Shown piece after piece: positions 37,418-53,302 of a stretch of 64,000 nt of DNA (positions are counted from its first letter, which is position 1; each line of letters starts with the position of its first letter). The position numbers and the translations under genes were made by a program. Where the stretch lies: the NCBI RefSeq assembly GCF_006345805.1, contig NC_042998.1, forward strand, positions 162,750,001 through 162,814,000. The letters are read 5' to 3'. A model generated the notes under the pieces. The model searched no databases. It had not been told where the DNA came from and saw only the letters and a list, made by a program, of their open reading frames with translations. Source of the DNA: Octopus sinensis (lineage: Eukaryota).

Positions 37418-37528
37418 GCACACACACACACACACACACTCACACACACACATACACACACAAATACATACATATACCGCACACGCACATATACGCTCAT
37501 GCAGGCCACGCGCTCATATATATACGTA

Positions 37529-38030
37529 TGAGGCGGTATCAAATAGTTCCCGGACTAATTATGTTTGATAAAATATAACTTGTTTACCTAAGTTTTAGCA
37601 TCATCTTTGAAATAGTCACCTTGCGCAGCAATACGTCAGTCCTAGCATTCCTGCCACTTTTGGAATCCGGCCTGGAAGTCGTGTTCTGTAAGCGAGTTGA
37701 GGACCTTCTGCAATTCGTTCTGGATCTCGAAAACAGTGTTTAAACAGCAACCTTTGAGCTGCATTTTGATCTTGGGGAAGAGATGGAAGTCCGCAGGTGT
37801 GAAATCTGGCGTATAGGGTGGGTGCGAAAGCGATACCATGTTGATTTTGGCGAGAAACTCACGAGTGTGGAGAGCTCGGTGACAGGGTGCATTGTCGTCG
37901 TGAGAAGTTCAATTCCTAGCGTTTCATAGCTCCGGTCGCTTTCACCGAATGTCCTCCCTCAAACGCTTAAAAACGTGGCAGTAAGAACTCTCGATTGACG
38001 GTCTGGCTCAGGGGGACGAATTCTCGTATA
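37529..38030 (-). mobile_element. Mariner 3' half: decayed transposase plus one TIR
   Basis: EFVPLSQTVNRE...KRLREDIR...HDDNAPCHRALHTREFLAKINMVSLSHPPYTPDFTPADFHLFPKIK...AAQGDYF. Terminus TA-tgaggcggtatcaaatagttcccggact. Confidence 0.92.
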
Positions 38031-38241
38031 CAGGCATATGCATATGAGTATATATGTATATCCATCACACACACAAATACATAATAAATTTATTAATTAA
38101 TTAATTAATTAATTAATTTATTTATTTATTTATTTATAGCCAAGGTAATGAAACTCTCGTTATAAATGAAAGATGAACTCAGTATCTTGTAGGCCCACCC
38201 GATTAGGTTTGATTATATTATCAATGACAGCTTGGTACACG

Positions 38242-38402
38242 CTTATCTCTTTATTGCTCACAAGGGGCTAAACATTGAGGAGACAAACAAGGACAGACAA
38301 ACGGATTAAGTCGATTACATCGACCCAGTACGTAACTGGTACTTAATTTATCGACCCCTAAAGTCGACCTCGGCGGAATTTGAACTCAGAACGTCCCCTT
38401 AA
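38242..38402 (-). mobile_element. 5'-truncated Meta-like SINE with 11-bp TSD
   Basis: TSD cttggtacacg at 38231-38241 and 38403-38413. Confidence 0.88.
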
Positions 38403-38419
38403 CTTGGTACACGTTACTC

Positions 38420-39180
38420 TATTCCTCGGTGAATGTTTCTTTCAGCTCTGTCATTAATGTAATTTTAGACGGTCTTGCTCCGCATCCTATTATCTAAATG
38501 TTTCCAGTCGAGGCATTTTTAGACATTTGATTCCGTGAGTTTCTTCTATGTGGCTCCATGTTTTTCAAAAAGAAGGATCTCATCAGCTTCAACTTTGGAT
38601 TAGATAAGTTGTAGGCACTTTTCAAGTATTTGATAGTACTTTGCGTCCTTGAAATGATTTTCAACAAAAATGTGATCCGGTCTACCTATCGCCCAAATTT
38701 CTTCCTTCTTGTTTATTTATGTTTAACTCTTCCTTGTAAACAATCCAGCTCTATAATTTAATTTTGTTACACCATGTATCTGCCTTGAATTAGAAAACTG
38801 GCAGAATGTGCTTTTGTCAGACGACTAAAACTCGTCTTCCATGTTGCAGAACTCAGAGTTGCTGAACCATTTGACCTTCTTAGCTTTTGAAACCACTAAC
38901 TTCTTTCTTGTATAATTTCGTTTACACCCATAGAACTTGCATGTCGAAGTTTAATAACTTATCAACTGCCCTCTTTGTCTCTTCAGAAACTATTTGTAGC
39001 CTTCCTGATCTTTTCATTACGCAGCAGAGTTTTTACTCAATTCAGATACTGATATATTAATAATACCGAAAAATTGAACTGTTTTCCGATTGGACTTGCC
39101 ACATTGATGCAAGCCGATGAATTGCCTTCGTGTAAATTCATCAACTTTTCCCCGATAGGTTTCGTTGCTGAGTTTTCATC
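38420..39180 (-). mobile_element. Highly decayed Tc1-like transposase
   Basis: Frame-hopping remnants RRQFIGLHQCGKSNRK (HTH-like), KRSGRLQIVSEETKR (GRP-like linker) and WAIGRPDHIFVENHFKDAKYYQILEKCL. Confidence 0.6.
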
Positions 39181-39316
39181 AGATAAAAGTTGCAATTAAC
39201 GAGAGAGAAACTATAAATTCATACATGTACCTGCAAAGAAAGGATACATAATTCATTAGAAGAAAAACAAAAAACAAACAAACAAATCAACGCGCGTCTA
39301 AAAACTGTTTAAAAGC

Positions 39317-39860
39317 CACTGTGTGGCTGACTGGTAAGAAGCTTGCTTTACAACCTCATGATTCCGGGTTCCATCCCATTGGGTGGCACTTTGGGCAGGT
39401 ATCTTCTTCTATAGCTCCAGGTTAACTAAAATCTTGGGAGAGGATTTAATAGACGGAAAAAGAAAGAAGCTCGAGTTTCAAGTAACCAATCACCAGGCAG
39501 TAGTGAAGTTTTGAAACAATGCAATGTTGTTTTTTTAAATGTTTCTAAATGGTATCTTTTATTTTTTATCTTGTTTCAACCGTTAGACTGCGGCCATGCT
39601 GGAGCACCAGCTTGAATAATTTTTTGTTGAATGAATCGACCTATGTAGTTATTTTTTAAGCCGGGTACTTATTCTGTCGGTTATTTTTCCCCACAGGTAA
39701 GTTACGGGGACATAAGCACATCAACACCGGTTGTCAATCAGTGGTGAAGGACACACACGGAGGTTTCTTTTAGTTTCCATCCACCAAATCTGCTCGCAGT
39801 ATTTTAATCGGCTCGAGGCTATAGAAGTCACTTGCCCAGGGTATCATGCAGCGGGATTGA
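39317..39860. mobile_element. Two CORE-like SINE pieces (39317-39468 plus; 39560-39860 minus)
   Basis: Family head with B-box, and family tail in reverse. Confidence 0.75.
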
Positions 39861-39892
39861 CACATAGATAGACAGACAGATAGATAGATTTC

Positions 39893-40505
39893 TTTTTACT
39901 TGTTTTAGTTATTGTATCGCGGCTAAGTTGGAGCACTGCTTTGAAGGGTTTTAGTCGTAGAGATTGGCACCAGAACTGAATTTTAATATCTGGTGTTCTT
40001 TTTTTTATCTGTCTCTTTCACCGAACCCTTAAGAAGACACAAACAAACACCAACTGTCAGGCGGTGAGGAGCGTGAGTAAGCACAGATACAAAGACACAC
40101 ACACACATACACATACGATGGGCGAGCTGGCAGAAACGTTAGCACGCCGGGCGAAATGCGTAGCCGTATTTCATCTGCCGTTACGTTCTGAGTTCAAATT
40201 CCGCCGAGTTCGACTTTGCCTTTCATCCTTTCGGGGTCGATAAATTAAGTACCAGTTACGCACTGGGGTCGATGTAATCGACTTAATCCGTTTGTCTGTC
40301 CTTGTTTGTCCCCTCTGTGTTTAGTCCCTTGTGGGTAGTAAAGAAATAGGTATACAATGGGCTTCCACACAGTTCCCATCTAGCAATTTCATTCACAATC
40401 CATTGGTCGGTTAGGAGCTAAAGTAGAAGTATCTAATTCAAGGTACCACACAGTGAACTGAACCTGAAACCAGTGATTGCAAAGGCGAGCTTCCTAATCA
40501 CATAC
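39893..40505 (-). mobile_element. CORE-like SINE interrupted by a Meta-like SINE
   Basis: The consensus resumes after 40352. Confidence 0.7.
40122..40350 (+). mobile_element. Meta-like SINE monomer, close to consensus
   Basis: Full head, B-box gagttcaaattcc, and the end aagaaataggt. Approximate TSD atac(g/a)atgggc. Confidence 0.92.
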
Positions 40506-40730
40506 GCGTACGCATGCACACGCGCGCACGCCCCCATACATCTGAAAGCATGCGAAAAAGTAGTACAGAACCATAGTAACTTAGTAAACGCACTGTGCCT
40601 CTTTCAGGGCTGCTAATCTATCTTATAATCCACCAACACGTTCTTTCCTCTTTGCCATTCCAATTATTTATAATATCTGTAACTGTTAATCTCAGTAAGG
40701 TCCTTCGACAGAGAACTAAGCCAAACTATG

Positions 40731-41150
40731 TAAAATTAACCGATCAAAAATTATGGAGCACCTGAAAAATTCTTGAATTAACAGAAAGCTAATGACCAAT
40801 GTAGAAATCAGATTGATTTTTTCCCCGATTATAGTTTGGTTTCTTGAGTTATATAAGGTATTTTTCCTTTATATTTTTTATTTGTAAGTTGTTTTATTTC
40901 TGTAAGCTTAGTATCTCTCCGTCTTGACTCTTTGCCTTCACTTCAATTATGATTTACTTTTAGTGTTTAACATTTTTGTTTAAGTAATTCGATAGTTAAA
41001 AGGTTTGCATCTATTTTTGGTTTGATGTCTGCTACTAAAGGAAGTGGACACTTGTGTTCTCTCCCCAAAACCAAAAGATTATTTCCCCTCTACGATAAAG
41101 GTCATAGCTTGAGGACCATTAAAAGGAAGCTGAAAGAGAGAAAATTACAG
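40731..41150 (+). mobile_element. Possible 5' end of a Tc1-like element
   Basis: TIR-like ccgatcaaaaattatggagcacc and the HTH-like translation LYDKGHSLRTIKRKLKE. Weak. Confidence 0.3.
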
Positions 41151-41589
41151 AGCCCTCTAAAGCACCGTATCTGGAATAGTCCATTAAAATCAATAAAGAA
41201 TATCGACAGCCAGAATGGGCAACGTCGTATGAGCCAACGAAATAGCATCTACGAAGTTGCTTGGCCTGCTAGAAATAGCAGCCAGTTCTCTTCCACTTAA
41301 AAAAGGGAAAACTTGTCGGTTTAGTTATGACAAAGTAAAGACGTAACGGCTGAAACCTGTTTGTGTGTGAGTTTTATATTTAAGAGAAAGAAAATAATTC
41401 AATGCTTTTAATTTTGGTTGGCGATTTTCCTTTATTATATCAGTACGGTGAATTTGATGTTTCGCTGACGATGTCATAATAAGAATCCTGGTTTGTCAGG
41501 GATTATCTTCTGTGCTTGCTAATATAAGTAAAATTATATGAGCCATCAATAAATATTGTTTAAATCCTACCACATAATTATTTCTCGCT

Positions 41590-41953
41590 AACGTAGTAAA
41601 TAGCTTGCTTACCAACCACATGGTTCCGGGTTCAGTCCCACTGCATAGCACCTTGGGCAAGTGTCTTCTACTATAGCCTCGAGCCGACCAAAGCCTTGTG
41701 AGTGGATTTGGCAGAAGGAAACTAAAATAAGTCTGTGGTATATTATATGTGTATGTGTGTGTGTTTGTGTGTCTGTGTTTGACAATCGATGTTGGTATGT
41801 TTACATCCCCGAAAGCTAGCGGTTCGACAAGAGACCGATAGAATAAGTACTAGGCTTATAAAAATAAGTCCTGGGGTCGATTTGTTCGACTAAAGGCAGT
41901 ACTCCAGCATAGCCACAGTCAAATGACTGAAACAAATAAGAGAATAAAAGAAT
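41590..41953 (+). mobile_element. CORE-like SINE
   Basis: gcttgcttaccaaccacatggttccgggttcagtcccactgc...gactgaaacaaataagagaataaaag. Confidence 0.9.
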
Positions 41954-42242
41954 ATTTGATATTCCCCGCATTTAAGTATATTAACCCTATTTTAATAATA
42001 ATATCGCATAGCAACAGTAAGCTGATAACTATTTCCTTATTGAAAACTTTCTTTGGCTATAAATGATAAAAGATATGTGTTCACATACACAATCCTCCTC
42101 ACAGCACTATCACCACCATTAGGTGTTAGTAAAAATACGATTCGTGCTAAAGAAAACAATTTCTCTTAAACGCCTTCCGAGGAGTGAATGTCCCTCTAGT
42201 TTTTCTTGTACATAATGTTATTGCTACTGCAGCCGTTCTTAC

Positions 42243-42462
42243 CGCTGTTGTTGTAGCTGCTGCTGTTTGTGGTGGTGATGACATGGTGGTGGTGGTAGTG
42301 TGTTGTTTGTCACCAAATCAGAAGTGATCGAACCGTGACTATCCCGCATTTTCAGTGGTTCAGCACTACATTTTCTATTGTGGGATATACTTATTTCGGG
42401 TGTAATTTGAGGGACATGTCTAGGTATTTGGAAATCAAGTGACCTAGAGCTTCCCTCATCGA
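42243..42462 (-). CDS. Internal coding exon of an unidentified host gene (disordered, P/H/Q-rich)
   Basis: 220 nt, phase 1 to 2. Acceptor cattccAG, donor CG|GTAAG. Encodes xDEGSSRSLDFQIPRHVPQITPEISISHNRKCSAEPLKMRDSHGSITSDLVTNNTLPPPPCHHHHKQQQLQQQR. An alternative acceptor at 42545 would give 303 nt. Confidence 0.7.
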
Positions 42463-43153
42463 CTGGAATGTTCATCAGAATATAAGTTTGTATGCAATGT
42501 ATGCGAATCTTGACAGAGTCCATTATCTTTCCAATGGTTCGATCTCTGGAACTATTTTACTTATTTCAAATAATAGAATCTACGCCGCAATCCGGATTAT
42601 TCAGTGGTAGTTTCGTGTAACAAAGCATATACAACAACAGACAAATAAATATGTCACCCAAAAGACGATCGAAGAATATGGCAATTGGAAACAAACACAA
42701 ATAAAAGCATAAAGTGTTTATCAGGCTGATAGAATAATCAATATACAGGTACTAGTGCTCTGTAATTAATAAGTATAGCTTATCCAGAATTTCCTATAAG
42801 TAAGTTAGTTACATTTTACTGACTTTTCTTGCGCCAAAAAGAAAATACAAGAAATGGACAGAAAAATACATGATAATAAATTGATTAAATGATTCTGAAA
42901 AAGAGGAGGGGGAAAAAACCACAATTGCAGAATATTATTAACTCCCTTTGTTTCCCCTCTCCAAACACCTTCTTAGAATGATAAATAAAAACGCGACATT
43001 ATGTAGCATAAAATATACAATAAAAAGGTTTATATGGACAAAATAAATAAATATAAAATAAGCATCAGGTATGATTATTATTTCGAAAGCTATTGCAAGG
43101 TGGCCTGCTGAAAGACATGCATGGGTGCAGCTCTTTTGTGTTATTCAACTCAC

Positions 43154-43201
43154 TGAATAGAGGTATGCTGATGTGGACATCAGAAGAGTGATGTAAGTGG
43201 A
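43154..43201 (-). CDS. 48-nt internal exon, phase-compatible with 42243-42462
   Basis: Branch point CTAAC (43224-43228), pyrimidine tract, ccAG acceptor, and donor A|GTGAGT. The phase 1-1 frame reads xHLHHSSDVHISIPLF. Confidence 0.6.
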
Positions 43202-43683
43202 CTGGAGATGCGAGGCAGATGAAGTTAGCAAAAGGCGACATTGGGAGAAAAATGACATGCTCAGGGAATTAATATTCTGCTATAATAAAGGTGTTCTATG
43301 AATTCTTGTCGAGAAACTTGATTTTCATCGGAGAGCCAAAAGTATGTTGTGCTTTTGTGACTGTAATTATATAAATATGTGGAGAAGATATAAAGAAAGA
43401 AATACGGCGAGTGAAAAAGTTATGTGAGGAGGTGGCGTTGAGAAAAAGCAGGAGAAGGGAATAAAAAAACGTGTCTGAGGAACAGAAGTTATGTAAATAA
43501 TAAAGGAAGACGAAGAGTAATATAAGGAGATACTTATAGAGAGAAATAAAGGAGAAAGACAGAATGCAAGGAAAAAAGTGAGAAAAATGAGGTTAGACAG
43601 AAAAGAGAGATAAGGATGTAGACAGTGTTAGAAAGATGTCGGGAGAAAAAAAAAAGAAAATGCAAAAGAAAGAAACGATATAA

Positions 43684-43728
<45 letters not shown>

Positions 43729-43984
43729 AATAGACTGAGAAAAAGGGTAGCAGGTAGAGGATTATATTGCGAGAGAGATAGATTTATAAACATGAGTGAA
43801 AAACTAAGATCGACAAACAAAATAAACCTATGTATGCATGTATGCGCGCGCGTTTGTGTGTGGATTGCGCCGAAATTGCAATGGTTTCCAGTTGACAACT
43901 GATGAAGAGTTCAGACTTGTGCACAACCGTTTGAACAATATATCATTTTACTGCATATTTCCTTGTTCGTTCGTAGTTTTTCGT

Positions 43985-43986
43985 GA

Positions 43987-44060
<74 letters not shown>

Positions 44061-44075
44061 GCTAGCTAGCTAGCT
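43985..44075. repeat. (ATCT)n/(AGAT)n tetranucleotide
   Basis: Same motif class at 45870-46015, 48830-48935, 55775-55848 and 57790-57895. Confidence 0.95.
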
Positions 44076-44232
44076 AGCTATCTATCCATCTATATATATA
44101 TATATATATATATAATGTAGTGTTCCGTGAGTATATGTGGTTTGTACCTGATGAATATATTTGAGGTATTTCTCAACACATGAAACTATTAGTAGCACAT
44201 AGAACATGTATTGTGTCTATTAAATATATATA

Positions 44233-44263
<31 letters not shown>

Positions 44264-44630
44264 ATATTTACGGTATTGTATATAATACATACATATAAGA
44301 ATACATACACATGCATATGTAGATAGATACATTTATACAGACATATATAAAGAGTTGAACGAATTAGACAAATCGGGGAGAGAGCGCGGCAAGAAATTAT
44401 AGATGATATTTGTGAGAATGAAAATATAATGCGGAAAAAAGAGAGGCTACAAAATAGCCTGTTACAGAAAGAAAGCGAGATGCTATCGAAAAGTTGGAGA
44501 AGAACAGGTTGAGAGAAAGAAATGTATGCAAATATATGTGTGAGTATGTGAGTCCATGCGTGTGGGCCAGAGTATCAGAACAAAATCAATGTACTGTAAA
44601 TGTCCGCATCCACAAACACAAACACATGGT

Positions 44631-44966
44631 GACCCTCTTCGGTCAGACACTGACCATGGGTTTGCACCTAGAGAGTTACCCTCTGAGGCACAAGTCTGGG
44701 CAAGGTTGTTTTATGGAAGACCAGCAGTCGCCCACGCATACCGACCTCCCCTCTCCACGGCACCGATATTGTCCAAGGGAAAGGCAAGGGCCGATACAGC
44801 TTGGCACCTGTGACGTCGCAACTCATTTCTACAGCTGAGTGAACTGGAGCAACGTGAAATAAAGTGTCTTGATCAAGAACACAACACGCAGCCCGGTCCG
44901 GGATTCGAGCTCACAACCTCACGATCGTAAGCTCGACGCTCTAACCACTGAGCCACGCGCTTTCAC
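44631..44966 (-). mobile_element. V-like tRNA SINE
   Basis: Paralogous to 7873-8206. Confidence 0.9.
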
Positions 44967-45336
44967 ATACACAAACACAAACCACACACACACACAATCA
45001 GACGGATGACTAGGTGGATGGATTTCATCTAAAGAACAATGTATAGAAGAATTAGGTGTGGTTTTCATACAGTAACTGCAGATACACGGGACTACTCAAG
45101 TTTCAGAGAGATATGTATCGATTGTACTCAAGAAGAGTACAAGATTTGGGTCCATCAATAATTCGGCTCGTACCGTATATAGGTGTGGGAGTGTAACAAT
45201 TAAAAGTGCCTTATATATCACAAAACATCGGAATTAATTAATTACTCTTAAAGAGTAGTTAATTCATAAAGAAACTGTTAGCCCAAAACTATTTTTAAAT
45301 TTTGACCTCTAGAGAGAAATAGAGAAATTAAGAAGC

Positions 45337-45369
<33 letters not shown>

Positions 45370-45404
45370 GCACACACACACACACACACATACACACATT
45401 TATA

Positions 45405-45640
45405 TATAAAATTTATAGAAAAACAAAGACGAAGACAAGTGTAGGAATAACAAGCAGGTGTATGAGTTTGACGCTCGAGAAAAATGGAAAATTGTTTTAC
45501 GTTTCGAGCCTACGTTCTTCGACAGAAAAGAAAAAGAGGAAATGAACAGAGAGAGAATGAAAAAAAAATGTGTTGAGTTCAGTGGTCCAGTAGAACTCGA
45601 AATAGAAAGTCCTTGGTACAGTATATAAAAAGAAGCAGAA
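45405..45640 (-). mobile_element. H2 repeat copy
   Basis: Motif at 45498-45525: CTGTCGA-A-GAAC(GTAG)GCTC-GAAACGTA. Confidence 0.7.
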
Positions 45641-45751
45641 ATGGCTTTTTCTGATAATTTTCCCACCTTAATAATTAGATATTGATTTATAAACATCTAA
45701 TTAAAGTAGAAAAAATGTCAGAAAGGCCATTTTTATTCATTTTTTTCAAAT

Positions 45752-45784
<33 letters not shown>

Positions 45785-45899
45785 CATACACCTCTCTCTC
45801 TCTCTCTCTCTCTCTCTTATATATATATATATATATAAGAGAGAAGAGAGAGAGAGAGACAGGCAGACAGACAGATAGATAGGTTAGTAGGTATGTAGG

Positions 45900-45930
<31 letters not shown>

Positions 45931-45931
45931 T

Positions 45932-46016
<85 letters not shown>

Positions 46017-46789
46017 TGCAGTCTTATCGAAACACACACACCACACACTCACACACAAACCAATAAAAGAGAGATTGCAAATAGAAAATTCTCTTCGGAT
46101 TTTCATTTATTTTCCCTTTTCTTATTAATATTTCTTCCTTAAGTGAATGATGGATTGGCCGAATAAGTAAAGCGTTGCACAAAATACCTTGCAGTGTCCG
46201 CTCTGGTTCTTTACTCTTTGAGGTCAACGCAGCGTTTTCTACACTAAGGTCGATGGCCACGACTAAACCCATTCCCAAATTTTGAACTTTGTGCCTGTGT
46301 TAAGGGCGATAGATGGTAGAAACTTTTTTATGCCAGACAATTTTTTTTTTCTTTATATTCTGCGTTCAAGACCTAGTAATGTCAACATTGTTTTTCATCC
46401 TTCCCGAGCGAGTCAATGAAATCTTTTACAAGCCAAATACTGATGTAGTCTTAATCGACTACTTCTCTACCCCCATATTGCAGACCTTGTGCATATGTCA
46501 CAAGTCAATATCTATTCTGAAATAAAGGGCAGCGAGTATACTGGCACACTAGGAGGAAACTTCCGACAAAATGTTTCGCGGCATTTAGTTAAGAACCTTT
46601 ATATTTAAGTTCAAATCTTGTCGTGGTTCATTGCTCCTTTCATCGTTTCCGGCTTGATGAAATAGAGGGCAGTCAACAATTTGGATCCATATAAATGACT
46701 ATAATCCTCACCTAAAATGTTAGTCCTAAGTTCGAAGTCAGTAATACTTACCGAATGGCTTCTGGCGTAATGAAATTAATCATTTGGAC

Positions 46790-47118
46790 CAGTAGATCTC
46801 AACCATTTTGTATCTATAGACTCCTTTATTCATTACTTTATTCTGGTGGACCCTCATAGGTATTCGGTGCTTAAAAAACTAATCTTATAGATATCTCTTT
46901 CGTAATTCCTATTTTAATATTCACTCATTCACTTGTGTCGGCTGAACTATGTAAAATGATAGAGAAAGAAACATAACTGTTTCATGCATTAAATACATTT
47001 AAATCAAAATTTTTATGCTTTTCATACTACTGTGAATCCCCATTTTACTATTTCGCAAATGTGGACCCCTACAAAATCTTATATGAATCCATAAGGGTCC
47101 ACCAGTTGAGAACCACTG
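46790..47118. mobile_element. hAT-type MITE
   Basis: TIRs cagtagatctcaacc and agttgagaaccactg. The 8-bp flanks are atttggac and atttagat. Confidence 0.8.
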
Positions 47119-47129
47119 ATTTAGATAAA

Positions 47130-47350
47130 GAGGAAAGCAAGAACAGAAATGTGCAGCAACTGAAATAGAGCAAGTGTGCCACTGATGTTACCCATGGGAA
47201 AGGCAAAGGCTGATACAGCATGGCGCCAATGACTTCGCAACTCATTTCTACAGCTGAGTGAACTGGAGCAACGTGAAATAAAGTGTCTTGCTGAAGAGCA
47301 CAACATACAGCCCAGTCCGACGCTCAAACCACTGAGCCAATCGCCTTCAA
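47130..47350 (-). mobile_element. V-like SINE, degenerate
   Basis: cgcaactcatttctacagctgagtgaactggagcaacgtgaaataaagtgtcttgct. Confidence 0.75.
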
Positions 47351-48829
47351 CATTTAGAGATGTAGTAGAGTAAAATTTTAATAGGGGAATGTATTGGTGT
47401 ACTATTCTACAATAATGGTATAGTGATGTAATAGTATTGGTATCATATTGTAATAGGACTATAATTCTACAGTAGTATTGCTGTTGCTTACTCCCATGTC
47501 AACCTTCATTGAGCAAACTTATGATCTTAGACAGTCCAGCCATAACCATCGCGGCTTTTAGAGGTATGTAGACATTAATTAATGTCCCCTGTTCATTGAG
47601 GTGGGTTATTTCAGTAGGTTGAGTTCATTATGTAAGGGCTCCTTCATTAGTTCTGCTTTTCGTTCTACCGCATCTGGTACGGAGGCCCCGACTGCAGTTC
47701 AAGGAGTTTTGGGGAGTATGAATTTACACCTTAGTTATTAATACTCCCAGGTCCATTTTGGAAAGCAGTGCCCGTCAAGGGCCCCAGTCATGAGTCAGCA
47801 AAAAATAGTCTTGTGGGTTAAGGAAAGAATACAAGACTTACAGGAGGAGGAGGACGGGTGATCCTTAGATATGTCTCACACCGTATTATCGGTGACAGAC
47901 AAGTTCTGATGCCATGTGAACCAGCCTTCTGCTTGGGATGAAATGGATCCTGTATCTCAAAAGTAAATCCAGAGGCGAGAACTAGATACTAACAAAGTAA
48001 AATGTAAATAAAACAACACGACTACAGCAATTCACTGTTGCATATTTCCAGAGGCAAAAAAAAAAGCCATCAGTTTTCAGTCTTTGGTAAGGAAATTCAC
48101 AGCCGCTAATGCTTGTAAATCAAATGCGGCACGCAGAAGGAAAAAGAGTGGTATGCTTCAGTACCTGTATGAATTTCTCTTTATATGCGGTGTTCAAGCT
48201 TTTTCTCGAATTGATCGTAATGGAAGCAAAACAAAATGTCGACTTCCATGTCCTAATTTTTATGAAGTGCAATGGCGGACAGAGATGGACAGAATAGGTA
48301 AGGATGCGTCATCATTGTTGACTTCCAGATTAATAAAAGCAATCTCAATATGTGTACGTGTATATGCAATTGCGTTTGTGTATTTGTACATGTGTGTATG
48401 CATGTGTGTGCATGTGGTGGTGGTGGTGGGGGGGCGGAGATGTAGATATATGTTAACGTTGTGATATGTGACAAAGCATCTGAGCATATGAATAAATTTT
48501 CTTTTTAAAGAAAACATTTATAGCCTGACTCTAAAACAATTAGGGGTATATGATCTCTAGAGGGAAGTATGGGAGATGTCCTACTTCACTTACTCACCTC
48601 ATCCGTCACCCAAAACACTCGCTTTCTCGTTCGCAGCATATACACGTGTGTGTGTGTGTGTGTGTGTCTGTGTGTGTGTGTGTGTCTGTATGTGTGTGTG
48701 TGTGTCTATGTGTGTGTGTGTGTGTACGTACGTACGTATGTATGATATATTAACTTGAAGCACATATAATCAACAGGATGATCGGCCGCCTTAGCAAACA
48801 GGCGACAATGTAGGCGAACATTAGGAATG

Positions 48830-48936
<107 letters not shown>

Positions 48937-49489
48937 GACAAAGGGGGAATAAGAGAAAAGGGAATAACGACTATATTCCAGAAGACAGGGTAACATGGCT
49001 GACAGATATACGAAAAGAAGGACAGAAACAGAAAGATACACACACAGAGACACGCGGGGAGGCAAAGAGTGTGCATGAGAGAGTAAGGAAGGGAAAGAAA
49101 AGAATGGACGAGATTAAGGACATAAAAGACACGAAAAATCAGACTAATATGGCTGACAGAAATCCTGGAGAAGAGATGAATACACAGACAAAAAGACAAG
49201 AGTTAGAAAGGAAAGGAAGAGATGGAACAGAAAGAAGGAGAGAGAGGGACAGTGAAAAGGAGTGTGTAAATGAGAGTAACTGCGTGTATGAGAGTGTATT
49301 AGTGTATGTGAGAGAGAGGGAGATGAAACGATAGTTAGATAAAAGTCAAATACACAAGGCAGGCATAGTTGGACAGTCAGACAGACGTACAGGACATACA
49401 TGGACAGTCAGGGTAAATGAACCGATAAAATTCCAAACGGAGGCAGCTGGCATCTCAGTGACAACGAATATATAGGCACACATGCCCGC

Positions 49490-51900
<2,411 letters not shown>

Positions 51901-52606
51901 CCAAGGCAACCAGTAATGGCGTACTTTGCTGAAAATTGTATTTGTTTATTTTGTAAATAAAATTTCTTCGCTTGGTATGCGGTTATAAAGGAGTTTCCGA
52001 AACGTTTCGGACAAATTCCTTTTTTTATAATGAAATATTTTTGTCTGTCCTTTCTGAATAAAACATAGAAAATGTTGAAAAGTTATGTCAATCTTTCCAC
52101 TACACGAAAAGGGATTTTATGTGCAACTTCTCGAGAACTTAAGTCACAACGCCATACGAATTGAAATGATTTTAGATATATAGCACAAAGCATCACGTCC
52201 GACGATATAACGATTCTGCTAATCTACTGCCTGATGCTGATAATTTATCCGTCGGCCCCTGGGGGAGCCAATGTTGATCTCGGCATGATTTGAATTCAGA
52301 ACGCAAGAAGCCAGAATATATACCACAACGCACGTCATCCTATGTTCTAACGACTCTGCCAATTCGCCAACTACAAGAAGGCTAGTAGAATTTGATTCAT
52401 TCCAAACCGTTTAGTTTTTATTCGTTAGAGTATTCCTGTACAATAGTGTTAAGGTAGGTCGGTGGTGAGAGCCATTCTCTCAAGAAACAAATATTTCCAT
52501 TTGAAATTATATATCGGGTTCTTTGCCTTAGTTTGTATTCCTAGTTTTTTTTATGAAAATATAAAACAAAACACAAAAACACACACACAACACACACACA
52601 CACACA

Positions 52607-52637
<31 letters not shown>

Positions 52638-52679
52638 CACCACATACACACACACAAACAAACACACACACACACACAT

Positions 52680-52850
52680 ATATAGTTGAAATTTACAGAA
52701 AAACAAAAGACAGGTGTATGAACAACAAGCAGGTGTAATAGCTTGATGCTCGGGAAAGTGAAAAAGTCTTTTACTTTTGAGCCTACGCTCTTCAAAAGAA
52801 ACGAATAAGAAAAAATAGAGAATAAAAAACGTGTGGATTTAGCGATCATA
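52680..52850 (-). mobile_element. H2 repeat copy with decayed motif
   Basis: aaagacaggtgtatgaacaacaagcagg...agtcttttacttttgagcctacgctcttc. Confidence 0.7.
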
Positions 52851-53236
52851 TACTCTTTTACTCTTTTACTTGTTTCAGTCATTTGACTGCGGCCATGCTG
52901 GAGCACCGCCTTTAGTCGAGCAATTCGACCCCGGGACTTATTCTTTGTAAGCCCAGTACTTATTCTATCGGTCTCTTTTGCCGAACCGCTAAGTGACGGG
53001 GACGTAAACACACCAGCATCGTTTGTCAAGCAATGCTAGGGGACAAACACAGACACACAAACACACACATATACATATATACGACAGGCTTCTTTCAGTT
53101 TCCGTCTACCAAATCCACTCACAAGGCATTGGTCGGCCCGGGGCTATAGCAGAAGACTCTTGCCCAAGATGCCACGCAGTGGGACTGAACCCGGAACCAT
53201 GTGGTTGGTTAGCAAGCTACTTACCACACAGCCACT

Positions 53237-53238
<2 letters not shown>
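52851..53238 (-). mobile_element. CORE-like SINE, close to consensus
   Basis: tRNA-like head with ggttcagtccc, CORE-like catcttgggcaagagtcttctg, short internal microsatellite, and (aaaagagt)n tail. Confidence 0.92.
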
Positions 53239-53294
<56 letters not shown>

Positions 53295-53302
53295 TATATA
53301 TA

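Noticed and set aside
48081-48297. Plus-strand 217-nt open frame between ttttcAG and G|GTAAGG
   Set aside because: No recognisable domain, no partner exons, and the antisense frame is similarly open.
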